Shown piece by piece: positions 37,072 through 45,933 of a stretch of DNA of 55,989 bases (its first letter is position 1; every line of letters starts with the position of its first letter). The notes under the pieces are model-generated. The model was given only the letters and a program-made list of their open reading frames with translations, did no database searches and was not told where the DNA came from. This DNA comes from a virus (taxonomy: Duplodnaviria > Caudoviricetes). A program made the position numbers and the translations under genes. Where the stretch lies: the IMG/VR virus record IMGVR_UViG_3300020450_000029, positions 1 to 55,989 of that record, one strand, 5' to 3'.

Positions 37072-37129
37072 GTAGATGCCAAGTATGGGTCTACTTAACA
37101 TTAATCTTGCTTAATAAAGGAGATAGCAA
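37072..37129 (+). promoter_or_regulatory. ROSE-like RNA thermometer in hsp20 leader
   Basis: ATCTTGCTT (37104-37112) pairs with SD AAGGAGAT with a bulged G; upstream hairpin 37072-37094. Confidence 0.65.
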
Positions 37130-37561
37130 ATGAATAGATTAACAACCCTCGACATTAATAAATTAACCCCCTATGCAGTAGGATTCGATAGAGTATTTGA
37201 CGACATGTTTAGATATATCGAACACAATACTAATAGCACAGGTTACCCTCCCTACAACATTATCAGAGATGGTGAAAAGTTTCAAATCGAAATTGCACTA
37301 GCAGGTGTAGACAAAAAAGATTTGGAAATCACAGTTGCTGATGGTGTGCTTACCATTGCACACAATCCAGAAGGTGAAGTAGAAACCGGTAAATGGGATT
37401 GGATTCACAAAGGTATTGCACAGAGAAGCTTCAAACGAAACTTCACATTAAGTGATGATATTGTTGTACAAGGTTCGAGAATGGAAAATGGTATGCTTTA
37501 TATCGAACTAGAGCGAATCATTCCAGAGGAAAAGAAACCAAAAACAATCGCTATCAAATAA
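37130..37561 (+). CDS. Small heat-shock protein Hsp20 (IbpA-like)
   Basis: GFDRVF, YPPYNI, IEIALAG, HKGIAQRSFKRNF, ENGML, IPEEKKP..I.I. Confidence 0.95.
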   Translation: MNRLTTLDINKLTPYAVGFDRVFDDMFRYIEHNTNSTGYPPYNIIRDGEKFQIEIALAGVDKKDLEITVADGVLTIAHNPEGEVETGKWDWIHKGIAQRSFKRNFTLSDDIVVQGSRMENGMLYIELERIIPEEKKPKTIAIK

Positions 37562-37568
37562 AATAAAG

Positions 37569-37588
37569 TGGGGGTAGAAATACCCCCA
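37569..37588 (+). terminator. Hairpin after hsp20
   Basis: TGGGGGTA/TACCCCCA; no clear U tract. Confidence 0.5.
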
Positions 37589-37609
37589 TGAACCACGGTA
37601 AATAGTGTT

Positions 37610-37909
37610 ATGGACACAGAAGTAAAAGACAAAACAACTAGTGAAATAGACTTTAAAAAGCCCAACCGTTATCAGGTGATACTGTATAATGATGATAAAA
37701 CACCTATGGAATTTGTGATTGAATTGTTAAAAAATGTTTTCACAAAAACTGATGAACAGGCAGAAAATATTACACTGTCAGTACACAATGATGGCAAAGG
37801 TGTAGCTGGCGTATATTACTATGAAGTAGCTGAGCAAAAAGTCCACGAAAGTATTTTAGTTAGTCGCAGTGCAGGTTTTCCGTTGACACTGGACATAGAA
37901 GAACTCTAA
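37610..37909 (+). CDS. clpS: ClpS adaptor
   Basis: [33 protein letters not shown]. Confidence 0.93.
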   Translation: MDTEVKDKTTSEIDFKKPNRYQVILYNDDKTPMEFVIELLKNVFTKTDEQAENITLSVHNDGKGVAGVYYYEVAEQKVHESILVSRSAGFPLTLDIEEL

Positions 37910-37922
37910 GAGAGAGGTTCCA

Positions 37923-39068
37923 ATGCGAATAGAAGATGACATCAAGTTAGACTATTCTGACGTGCTGATAAGACCAAAAAGAAGCACATTAGGTAGTCGA
38001 AAAGAAGTGCGAATGAAACGTAAGTTTACATTTCGCAATTATCATTCAGACATACCAGATACAATTAATTATGATTACGAAGGCATACCAATTATGGCAA
38101 GTAATATGGATGGCGTAGGCACATTCGAAATGGCTGATAGATTAGGTGAACTTAACACTTTTACATGTTTGGTGAAAACCTATAGTGTTGGTGAATTAGT
38201 AGGTTTTTTTGACGAGCAAGATGCACCTGCATGGAGACGTGATCATGTAGCAATGAGTATAGGTATTAAAGACGAAGATCAACAAAAATTTGCCAGTGTA
38301 TATGAACAAGTAGGAGATAATCTAAAATATGTATGTATTGATGTTGCAAACGGATACAGTCAAAGATTTATAGAATATGTTGCAGAATTTAGATTACGTT
38401 TTCCTAGAATAGTTATTATTGCAGGTAATGTTGTTACCGCAGATCAAACACAGGAGTTAATACTAAATGGAGCAGACATCGTCAAAGTCGGAATCGGACC
38501 AGGGTCGGTTTGTACGACTCGCATACAGACTGGGGTGGGCTATCCCCAACTTAGTGCGGTTATTGAGTGCGCCGATGCGGCGCATGGATTGGGTGGACAT
38601 ATCATTGCTGATGGTGGCTGTACTTGCCCTGGTGATGTGGCAAAGGCTTTTGCAGGTGGTGCCGACTATGTAATGTTAGGTGGAATGTTATCTGGACATG
38701 ATGAAGGTGGTGGTGAAATTGTTACCAAACATATTGCCACAGGTGGAGCATACAAAACACCCGAAGGAACATTTATTCCTTATTTTGAAGAACAACAATT
38801 TATACAGTTTTATGGTATGAGCAGTAGAACAGCAAATGATAAACATTTTGAAGGTCTAAAAGATTACCGTAGCAGTGAAGGACGTACAGTACTGGTACCA
38901 TACAGAGGACCAGTAATTACAACATTACAAGACGTATTAGGTGGAGTTAGAAGCACACTGACTTACGTTGGTGCTAACAAACTTAAACAACTTAGTAAAT
39001 GCACTACATTCATACGAGTCAACAATCAATTCAATCGAACATATGAAACTACAACTATTGGTAACTGA
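37923..39068 (+). CDS. guaC: GMP reductase
   Basis: [54 protein letters not shown]. Confidence 0.95.
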   Translation: MRIEDDIKLDYSDVLIRPKRSTLGSRKEVRMKRKFTFRNYHSDIPDTINYDYEGIPIMASNMDGVGTFEMADRLGELNTFTCLVKTYSVGELVGFFDEQDAPAWRRDHVAMSIGIKDEDQQKFASVYEQVGDNLKYVCIDVANGYSQRFIEYVAEFRLRFPRIVIIAGNVVTADQTQELILNGADIVKVGIGPGSVCTTRIQTGVGYPQLSAVIECADAAHGLGGHIIADGGCTCPGDVAKAFAGGADYVMLGGMLSGHDEGGGEIVTKHIATGGAYKTPEGTFIPYFEEQQFIQFYGMSSRTANDKHFEGLKDYRSSEGRTVLVPYRGPVITTLQDVLGGVRSTLTYVGANKLKQLSKCTTFIRVNNQFNRTYETTTIGN

Positions 39069-39094
39069 TAAATAATTGTAACAAGGAAATAGCT

Positions 39095-39337
39095 ATGAGT
39101 GACTTAGATGTATTAAAACGTAATGCTGGCATAAATGAAGAAGCACAGATGATTCAAGTTAAAGTGATCAATAGTGGTTACGGAACTGACATGGGCATGA
39201 AAGATGCAGAAATTATTAGTCAAGAACTAGATGGTAACATGAAACCCATCTTAAAAGTTAGAATCAAAGACTTTAATATGGGCGACCCAGTTATTGCAGA
39301 ATGGCGCAATGACATGTGGACGGTGGACATGGACTGA
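39095..39337 (+). CDS. Late hypothetical protein
   Basis: TAAATA upstream; LKRNAGINE. Confidence 0.75.
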   Translation: MSDLDVLKRNAGINEEAQMIQVKVINSGYGTDMGMKDAEIISQELDGNMKPILKVRIKDFNMGDPVIAEWRNDMWTVDMD

Positions 39338-40599
39338 TGCGAGCTACGCAGTTTATAAAAGAAGCAGATCCTGGACAAGAAGCAAAAAAACTTCTTAACA
39401 TGATAAACACGCCTGAGATTATTGCAAAGGTAAAAGACTACCTTATGAAACTAGTGCCTAAAAAACAACCACAACAACAAGCTGAGCCAGTTGCAGAAGA
39501 TTTATCAGCAGACAAAGCCTTTGCAATGCAAGCAATTGATGAGATTACAAAAAGCGGTGATACACAACAACTGAATGCTGTTATTAGTTTCCTTAAAAGC
39601 TCTGAGATAATGGAAGAAGCCAAAAAGGCAGTGCTTGCTAATATAAGTCAAGGCGACAAAGGCGGATTTAGTCAAAAATTAGGACAAATGATACAGAACC
39701 TAAATGCTCCGTTTGAACAAAAGGTTGCATTTTTTAATCAAATGCAAAAAGGATTTTGGGACGGTTCTGATCTACTAAACAATCCAAGCGGAAATATATA
39801 CCAAAAATTACAAGCAGATCCTATTATGTCACAACTTGCTAAGCCAATGGCTTTACAATTTAGAGGTGCAATGGGATATGGTCCAGACCAAGGACCTGGT
39901 GAATTTTTACTCGCACTAACAGGAAAAGGTGTAGACCTAGCAGATAAAAGTGACTTAGTTATTGTAGATGGTGTTGGTGTTGAAGTAAAAGCTGACGGTA
40001 CTGCAAAAAGTCCAACAACAGGTAAAGCAAGTCGCAGTGGCGGAAGATTGTATTCAACTAGTGGATATGGAAATGCAAGTAGTGCAAGAATGGCAATGTA
40101 CAAAGCAATGGTTGACAGTGGTATTCCATCAGAAGAACTAAAACAATATGGTTGGCCCACTAGAGAAAAAGGCACCAAGTATGCTAATTTAAATTTTAAT
40201 GCGGCAGGTGTAGACAACATGAATGCACTGTTTTCAAAGTATACAGATAGAACAGGCGTACAAAGAATTATGTCTGCAATGATAAATTCATTGTATATAG
40301 AATTACCAAAAGGTATGGCAGACAAATTTATCAACAGTGTAGGTGCTGATGGTAGTATAAATTACAAATCAATGATGGATGAACTTATAGTATTAGCTCA
40401 TATGTATTATAAGCATCAAGAAGGACATGATAAAATTATGGTGTTCAATACTGCAAACGGAGATTACGTAATGATGGGCGACGAAGAGCAAACACGTAAA
40501 CTTATGCAGACAAACAAAATCAGAACAAACAGCGGACTTGACTTCTTTGATGATAGAAGTAAAGGCACTCCACAATTACTTACTGGTCAACTAACTTAG
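39337..40599 (+). CDS. Late protein with restriction-endonuclease-like motif
   Basis: MRATQFIKE N-terminus; GPGE...DL...VEVK. Confidence 0.6.
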   Translation: MRATQFIKEADPGQEAKKLLNMINTPEIIAKVKDYLMKLVPKKQPQQQAEPVAEDLSADKAFAMQAIDEITKSGDTQQLNAVISFLKSSEIMEEAKKAVLANISQGDKGGFSQKLGQMIQNLNAPFEQKVAFFNQMQKGFWDGSDLLNNPSGNIYQKLQADPIMSQLAKPMALQFRGAMGYGPDQGPGEFLLALTGKGVDLADKSDLVIVDGVGVEVKADGTAKSPTTGKASRSGGRLYSTSGYGNASSARMAMYKAMVDSGIPSEELKQYGWPTREKGTKYANLNFNAAGVDNMNALFSKYTDRTGVQRIMSAMINSLYIELPKGMADKFINSVGADGSINYKSMMDELIVLAHMYYKHQEGHDKIMVFNTANGDYVMMGDEEQTRKLMQTNKIRTNSGLDFFDDRSKGTPQLLTGQLT

Positions 40600-40670
40600 G
40601 TGTGCAAATATAACGCATACGTCATGCACTAAAAGCATGGCTTAGGTCATCCTTACTGCACTAAATATCA

Positions 40671-40782
40671 GTGAACAGTTCTGTTCACATACAGAGCGAC
40701 CTCAGCTCAGAAAAAATGAGTGGCACTTGGAAAGACAAGTGACGCCGGAAACAGACCGGGGTATTGCTTCCCTCAAGCATCC
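40671..40782 (+). ncRNA. Multi-hairpin structured leader or candidate sRNA
   Basis: Five hairpins: GTGAACAG/CTGTTCAC, GCTCA/TGAGT, CACTTG/CAAGTG, CCGG/CCGG, TGCTT/AAGCA. Confidence 0.5.
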
Positions 40783-40807
40783 AAACAATATTAAAAGGAG
40801 ACAAGGT

Positions 40808-40978
40808 ATGACTAACTTAGTCAATGCACTTGTGAGCATGTTTGGTTCTTACAGTGCTAGAAACGCAGAACTAGAAATACTCACATACTGTAAAACAGAA
40901 TTTAAAAATAATTGGAAACACGAATACAATAGGCTCGTGAATGAATTTAGGCAAAAAGGAACATGGAAAATAAGATGA
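40808..40978 (+). CDS. Small hypothetical protein
   Basis: SD AAGGAG before ATG 40808; YCKTEF..NW. Confidence 0.7.
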   Translation: MTNLVNALVSMFGSYSARNAELEILTYCKTEFKNNWKHEYNRLVNEFRQKGTWKIR

Positions 40979-41136
40979 TTAAAAAATTTTTTAAAAAACT
41001 ATTCACATTTGGTTGGGAACACCAAACCCCACAAGAATACTATTTGAGTCAAGCAACAGACTTGGTTGACTTAGAAAGAAGACAAAAAGAACTTGTATAT
41101 GGACATGTAAATCCAAACCTCAAAGGCTGGATATAA
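40975..41136 (+). CDS. DUF3563-like small protein (53 aa, not in ORF track)
   Basis: EYYLSQATDLVDLERRQKEL. Confidence 0.75.
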   Translation: MIKKFFKKLFTFGWEHQTPQEYYLSQATDLVDLERRQKELVYGHVNPNLKGWI

Positions 41137-41327
41137 TGGCAACATTAGCGATGGAATATATAGTAAGTCCCCTTGGGGGATTCTTAATGGATTTTGCAAA
41201 CGGCTTTAGAACGCTATTCGAGGTCGTTAGTAAAAGTAGAGCCGCGGCTCAAATGACACAATTAGGCTATCACGAAGAGGCTAAAAGATTAATGATGGAA
41301 ATTAAAGAACTTAAAGGTGAAAAATGA
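41136..41327 (+). CDS. Small hypothetical protein
   Basis: SRAAAQMTQLGYHEEAK; coupled TAATG. Confidence 0.7.
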   Translation: MATLAMEYIVSPLGGFLMDFANGFRTLFEVVSKSRAAAQMTQLGYHEEAKRLMMEIKELKGEK

Positions 41328-41779
41328 CTAAAGATCTTAAAAAACTTAAAATTACAGCTCTGTTTATTACACTTCTAATGGCAGTATTAGTAGCACCAAG
41401 TGTATATGCAGAAGACATGAATATCGACATGTTAAACAAAAGAGACGATGGTGCAAAAATGGTATACAGTGTAGATATTGCACGTATTGATGTAGGTGAT
41501 ACAATTACTTGGTTACCAACATCAAAAGGACATAATGTCCATTTCCTAGCAGGTCCAGATGGATGGGATATACCAAAAAAATCCAAACAAAACAAAGAAG
41601 TGGCATTGACATTTGATGTTCCGGGTGTATACTTGTATCAGTGTACTCCACATGCAACAATGGGTATGATTGCTTTGGTGGTAGTTGGAGATGATATGTC
41701 CAATCTAGATGCCATTAAGAAAATGAAGATCCGTGGTAAAAGCAAAAAAGTTTTCAAGAAACTACTTGGAGAACTATAA
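41324..41779 (+). CDS. Pseudoazurin/plastocyanin-type blue copper protein
   Basis: Signal peptide; GHNV and CTPHATMGM Cu ligands. Confidence 0.9.
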   Translation: MTKDLKKLKITALFITLLMAVLVAPSVYAEDMNIDMLNKRDDGAKMVYSVDIARIDVGDTITWLPTSKGHNVHFLAGPDGWDIPKKSKQNKEVALTFDVPGVYLYQCTPHATMGMIALVVVGDDMSNLDAIKKMKIRGKSKKVFKKLLGEL

Positions 41780-41841
41780 TGTGGCCATACACAGATGAAG
41801 AATGGGAGGCAATCAGCCTCCCAAAACAAACGGAGAAATAA
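41779..41841 (+). CDS. 20-aa micro-ORF MWPYTDEEWEAISLPKQTEK
   Basis: TAATG-coupled at both ends; GGAG SD upstream. Confidence 0.5.
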   Translation: MWPYTDEEWEAISLPKQTEK

Positions 41842-42257
41842 TGTTAAAAAAGTTACTTACAGTGGGTGACCGACTGCCTGAGTTTTGTCTCAGTCATTGG
41901 TTACTGAGAATACCATTAGCAATAGTGTTTTTACAACAAGGTTTGAGTAAATTTCCTGTGACAGTTGAAGGTGCAGAAAGTTTTGATTTACCTTACATTG
42001 TTTGGTGGTTTGCCAGCTATGGTGAAGTAGGCGGAGGAATTGGTCTAATAGTTGGTGGTTTACTTATTAAATGGTGGGAAGATATTGGCGACATAATTAC
42101 ACGATTCAGTGGTATTACAATTTGTAGTATAATGACTGGTGTAATTTGGGTTGGTGAACCTGCTAGCTTGTGGGATGTCATACTTTATGATAATCTGCAT
42201 GTGTTTCTATGGGTAGGCGGTTTGATATTTGCACTAAGAGGTAACAGATTAACATGA
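41841..42257 (+). CDS. DoxX-family membrane protein
   Basis: LLRIPLAIVFLQQGLSKF, GE...GL; 4 TM. Confidence 0.8.
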   Translation: MLKKLLTVGDRLPEFCLSHWLLRIPLAIVFLQQGLSKFPVTVEGAESFDLPYIVWWFASYGEVGGGIGLIVGGLLIKWWEDIGDIITRFSGITICSIMTGVIWVGEPASLWDVILYDNLHVFLWVGGLIFALRGNRLT

Positions 42258-42385
42258 TTAAAATAGTTGGATATTTTAGAGATAGAGTTGTATCACGTAT
42301 ATTTGACAATGAATGGGATGCCATGGATTATAGAGATATGCTAGATGCTCACTATGTTGGTAAAATAGATTGGATACAACTATGA
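42254..42385 (+). CDS. Small hypothetical protein (43 aa)
   Basis: ATGA overlaps on both sides; GAGG SD. Confidence 0.55.
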   Translation: MIKIVGYFRDRVVSRIFDNEWDAMDYRDMLDAHYVGKIDWIQL

Positions 42386-42552
42386 GTGATAACTACTGTA
42401 CAACTAAAGGTTTAGGCTGGGCATTCCTGATACTGTTTATTATGATATTGGGAGTGCCTATGGCTATGACCTATCTCAGTGTAGGACATAAAGAATATGC
42501 AAGATATTGTAAAATGACACCTATACTATTTTGTTTTGGAGTAACTGAATGA
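42382..42552 (+). CDS. Small membrane protein
   Basis: YCTTKGLGWAFLILF TM. Confidence 0.65.
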   Translation: MSDNYCTTKGLGWAFLILFIMILGVPMAMTYLSVGHKEYARYCKMTPILFCFGVTE

Positions 42553-42725
42553 CCTATAATATTTTTAATAGTGAAAATGGTTCAGCATGGGAAATGTTTT
42601 TTGACAATGAATGCCAACTCAAAAGATGGCTAGACGGAAATCCTGCATTTGTAAATTTAGGCAAAAATGAATACACATTACCTACAAGACATGTTAGAAT
42701 GAAAAACAAGGAAGGTAACAAGTAA
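42549..42725 (+). CDS. Small hypothetical protein (58 aa)
   Basis: GGAG SD; coupled stops and starts. Confidence 0.55.
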   Translation: MTYNIFNSENGSAWEMFFDNECQLKRWLDGNPAFVNLGKNEYTLPTRHVRMKNKEGNK

Positions 42726-42889
42726 TGAACAAATATTTTACTGTAATTTTTTGGACAATGTTAATTGTTGCAGGTGTGCTAACGTTTATAGCGACAGATC
42801 AACTTGAGAATAGACTTGAAAAAATGGAAACACAAATTGACCAAATGAATATTATGCTCAAGGAGATGACAAATGGACCTAAATCCTAG
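42725..42889 (+). CDS. Small TM plus coiled-coil protein (54 aa)
   Basis: MNKYFTVIFWTMLIVAGVL... Confidence 0.55.
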   Translation: MNKYFTVIFWTMLIVAGVLTFIATDQLENRLEKMETQIDQMNIMLKEMTNGPKS

Positions 42890-43073
42890 AGAACAAGCAC
42901 AACTGGAAGCAGAAGTAACATTTGAAAAGTTTATAAATTATTCAAAAAGAGGATTAGTATGGATATTAATTTTTCTTTGCGTTGTTGTGTTTGCTTGTAA
43001 TAATGGTGTAGAAACAGGCCCTAATGCAACTGGTAGTAAATATGATGGCTCAGTGTACGAACCTACAATCTAA
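42873..43073 (+). CDS. Small membrane protein
   Basis: SD AAGGAG; one TM. Confidence 0.65.
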   Translation: MDLNPREQAQLEAEVTFEKFINYSKRGLVWILIFLCVVVFACNNGVETGPNATGSKYDGSVYEPTI

Positions 43074-43837
43074 AGAATAATCATATTATCTGTTTGATTT
43101 TTAATGCGTTTAATATAGTTGGGCATGCCGTGGTCGTATATGCTGTCAAACCATTGACGTTTTCTAAAAGCGGCCCTGTATCCTCTAAATCTATCTTTGA
43201 TACGTTGCCAAGCACTGGCATTTCTAATTTTTCCATATGTATTAATATAGTGTAATTCACCTGCGTGTTTGTACCACATGAATGCAAACGGAACTCTTGG
43301 AACTATATCATTGTTGTTTACAAATCTATACAATGAAAATCTACTATTGAACTCCTTTACCCAACCGGGTGTACCAACTCTAGGCGATCCATAATTGTAA
43401 CAAACTGTACCTTCTGGTAGTCTACTACAAGCAATGGTGCTCATTGCACCACCTAAACTGTGTCCGCAGGTATAGGCTTGTGTAAACTTACGTTTGGTTA
43501 TCCATGCTTCTATTTGTTCCCAAATATCATCTACTTCACGTTTGAATCCTTTGTGTACTCTACCCGCACCTAATTCATTGCGAACATGAAGTGCATTTAA
43601 GTCTGCTTTTATATCATTAAACTGTGTAGGTTCCGTACCCCTAAACGCCAACACAATGTAATCATCTTTTGCCATACCATATGCTTGGGCACCATCAACA
43701 TTAAAATATTTGATATTCTTATATCCCATAGCAGAGGCAGTTTTTTTGAATTGTTTTTCTTCTTGGTATGCTAGATTACTAAGTTCTGCAAAATGTTCTG
43801 CTGTTCTATAACTAAACTCTTTTTTTACGTTTACCAT
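43070..43837 (-). CDS. Lipase class 3 family hydrolase
   Basis: AFRGTE, VHKGF, GHSLGG, YGSPRVG, NNNDIVPRVP, DH. Confidence 0.92.
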   Translation of the reverse strand: MVNVKKEFSYRTAEHFAELSNLAYQEEKQFKKTASAMGYKNIKYFNVDGAQAYGMAKDDYIVLAFRGTEPTQFNDIKADLNALHVRNELGAGRVHKGFKREVDDIWEQIEAWITKRKFTQAYTCGHSLGGAMSTIACSRLPEGTVCYNYGSPRVGTPGWVKEFNSRFSLYRFVNNNDIVPRVPFAFMWYKHAGELHYINTYGKIRNASAWQRIKDRFRGYRAAFRKRQWFDSIYDHGMPNYIKRIKNQTDNMIIL

Positions 43838-44273
43838 TTTTGATCTCCTCAATAGCGTCCTTATTAGCACTTATTTTTACATCTTGATTTCTGTCAATCA
43901 ATCCTTGTAGTTTTTCAGCTTTCTCTTGTTCAGTATCTAAGTGGAGATCTTTGTTAATAACTTTCTCTAATTTTAACATAGGAATACGTTCGTTTGGAAC
44001 ATAACGCCAAGTATATCCTTTTTCACTGTATACACCAAATACAGTTTCACTTAATCCTATTTTTACAATAAGTGCATCTTGTCCATCTAGTATTACTGTG
44101 TCGCCTTCGTTAAAACTTTTGTTCATTTTGAAAGCCATACCTTTTGCTATCTTAGTAGCAAAGTCTTTAAACCATAATGTAATGACAAGAAGTAGCAATG
44201 CACTGATAAAGGGCATTAGCAAATTGGTGATCTCTAAGCCCACACCAGAGGCACTCATTATTTCTGTTTCCAT
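43812..44273 (-). CDS. Short MscS-related membrane protein
   Basis: One TM, FNEGDTVILDG, IVKIG, YVPNE. Confidence 0.65.
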   Translation of the reverse strand: METEIMSASGVGLEITNLLMPFISALLLLVITLWFKDFATKIAKGMAFKMNKSFNEGDTVILDGQDALIVKIGLSETVFGVYSEKGYTWRYVPNERIPMLKLEKVINKDLHLDTEQEKAEKLQGLIDRNQDVKISANKDAIEEIKNGKRKKRV

Positions 44274-44340
44274 TCACTCTCTCCGTGCAAGTATTTATTG
44301 ACATTAGAGTTAAATACGTGTACAATATTGAAAAGATTAG

Positions 44341-44556
44341 ATGGATATTATTATGAGTCATAGTGTTGAAGAATATTATAAGAGATGTGCAGTGCTACAT
44401 GAAAAGGCATTACAACTTCATAGAGAACGCTTCAAAAAGACTGGCGAATTTGATAGTGTAAGATGTAATTTTTTACTTGATGATATTAAAGCATTGGCAC
44501 GCTCGCTAGCACATAGTGATGTTAATATGGATATTGATTTTGGAAAACAAAAATGA
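44341..44556 (+). CDS. Hypothetical protein
   Basis: TTGACA-17-TACAAT promoter upstream. Confidence 0.7.
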   Translation: MDIIMSHSVEEYYKRCAVLHEKALQLHRERFKKTGEFDSVRCNFLLDDIKALARSLAHSDVNMDIDFGKQK

Positions 44557-45098
44557 ATATGAAGAAACAATTTTTATGTAGCTTGCCAACACTTGGAGAT
44601 TCAAATTTCAATCAAAGTGTAATATATGTAGAGAATCATGACGGCGATGGTGCTAAAGGTTGGATCATTAATAAAAAATTAGACAACCGAGTTTCAGTAA
44701 GATTGCGTAAAAGTATACAATTAGGCATTCAAGCTGATATCTATTATGGCGGACCAGTGGAAACAAATCAATGTTATGTATTGCACACAAGAGATATTAT
44801 GCTTGCTCAGAGTACAAAGATAAATGAAAATTTATGTGTCACTAGAGATAAGGCAATTATTACTACATTGAACGAAAATAGATTTCCGCAATACTACAGA
44901 ATTATTATTGGTAGTTCAAGTTGGGGAGCTGGACAGTTAGAAAGTGAATTATTGGGTAGTAGAACAAACGGTGCTAGTAGTTGGTGCAACTTTCCATACA
45001 CAGAAGAATTTATGTGGAAGATAAATCCTGAGCAACAATGGAATACTGGTATCGATCGGAGTGCAAAAAGTAAAGTAACGAATTACTTAAACTTTTAA
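44553..45098 (+). CDS. YqgE/AlgH (DUF179) family protein
   Basis: DSNFNQSVIY, GAKGWIIN, YYGGPV, SWGAGQLESEL. Confidence 0.88.
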   Translation: MNMKKQFLCSLPTLGDSNFNQSVIYVENHDGDGAKGWIINKKLDNRVSVRLRKSIQLGIQADIYYGGPVETNQCYVLHTRDIMLAQSTKINENLCVTRDKAIITTLNENRFPQYYRIIIGSSSWGAGQLESELLGSRTNGASSWCNFPYTEEFMWKINPEQQWNTGIDRSAKSKVTNYLNF

Positions 45099-45102
45099 TT
45101 TT

Positions 45103-45176
45103 ATGGGTGTAGTGTAATGGTAACACGTCAGTCTCCAAAACTGAAGACGGGGGTTCGATTCCTCCCACCTGTGCCA
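45103..45176 (+). tRNA. tRNA-Trp(CCA)
   Basis: Cloverleaf, loop CTCCAAA, GTTCGATTC, encoded CCA. Confidence 0.93.
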
Positions 45177-45192
45177 ATTAGAATTAATAACA

Positions 45193-45381
45193 ATGAATAT
45201 AGATTTTAAAGAAGCATGCAGAATATTTTGGTTAACCAAAGGACATTTATATAATGTAAGTGATGAAACAATTCTTTCCTGTTATGATAGATACTTCAGA
45301 AGATTATGGGGTAACAATGAAAGAACAGTATATGGAATTGATGGCTTCGAAGAAGCATATCAAAAAAGAATTGAAAAGTGA
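45193..45381 (+). CDS. Hypothetical protein
   Basis: 62-aa ORF. Confidence 0.7.
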   Translation: MNIDFKEACRIFWLTKGHLYNVSDETILSCYDRYFRRLWGNNERTVYGIDGFEEAYQKRIEK

Positions 45382-45536
45382 TAGTTGAATGTGCAAAATG
45401 TGAAACATCATATGATAATCAAACATATTATTCATGTCCAAAATGTCAGCAAGAATTTGATTTTGAATTTGGATTGCAAAATGCAAAAGAACAAAAACAA
45501 TACAGAGAACAAATAAAAGTTGACATTATCAAATAA
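45378..45536 (+). CDS. Small zinc-ribbon protein (52 aa, not in ORF track)
   Basis: GTGA overlap; CAKC...CPKC. Confidence 0.55.
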   Translation: MIVECAKCETSYDNQTYYSCPKCQQEFDFEFGLQNAKEQKQYREQIKVDIIK

Positions 45537-45549
45537 TACTGTTATAAAT

Positions 45550-45820
45550 ATTTCGTAAACGTTGAAGCAACGTGAACACATACTGGACCCGGGGGCGGTA
45601 CCCGGCGCCTCCACCAAAACACTTTTAGACGAGAGTCTTTTTATGGGGGCGAAATAGGATCGACAGGTGTACTAGTGAAGTGGAGTTTACCGGATGACTG
45701 CGTAATAGGTCATTTAAACTAAATGCAAACGATAACTTTGCACCTTCAGATTACGCCTTAGCGGCATAATGCTGTCGGGTTGGCAACTGACCTAGGAACA
45801 GAATAGTTGCACAAAAACCA
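45550..45820 (+). ncRNA. ssrA: Two-piece (circularly permuted) tmRNA, alphaproteobacterial type
   Basis: Acceptor piece ending CCTCCACCA at 45616 precedes GGGGGCGAAATAGGATCGAC at 45645; tag 45725-45769 ANDNFAPSDYALAA*; ends approximate. Confidence 0.93.
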
Positions 45821-45933
45821 CAAATTAGTATAATCTATATAATATGTGGTCGATAATAAGGAAAATAAAGTAAATACAGCAGACAACCTCGTAGATAGCG
45901 TTTGGTTGTTTTTTTATATACAAGGAAATTATT

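Noticed and set aside
33811-40334. Long minus-strand ORFs such as 33811-34515 and 39738-40334
   Set aside because: Antisense shadows of well-supported plus-strand genes
40690-40782. Cobalamin riboswitch
   Set aside because: Only loose GCACT..GGAAAG and AGACC similarity; core GGGAA/GGUG/CCCCCGC elements are absent
40727-40807. TTG-start N-terminal extension of the ORF ending at 40978
   Set aside because: A strong SD precedes ATG 40808 and the extension runs through the hairpins
45432-45617. ORF MVEAPGTAPGS...
   Set aside because: Antisense translation of the tmRNA acceptor arm
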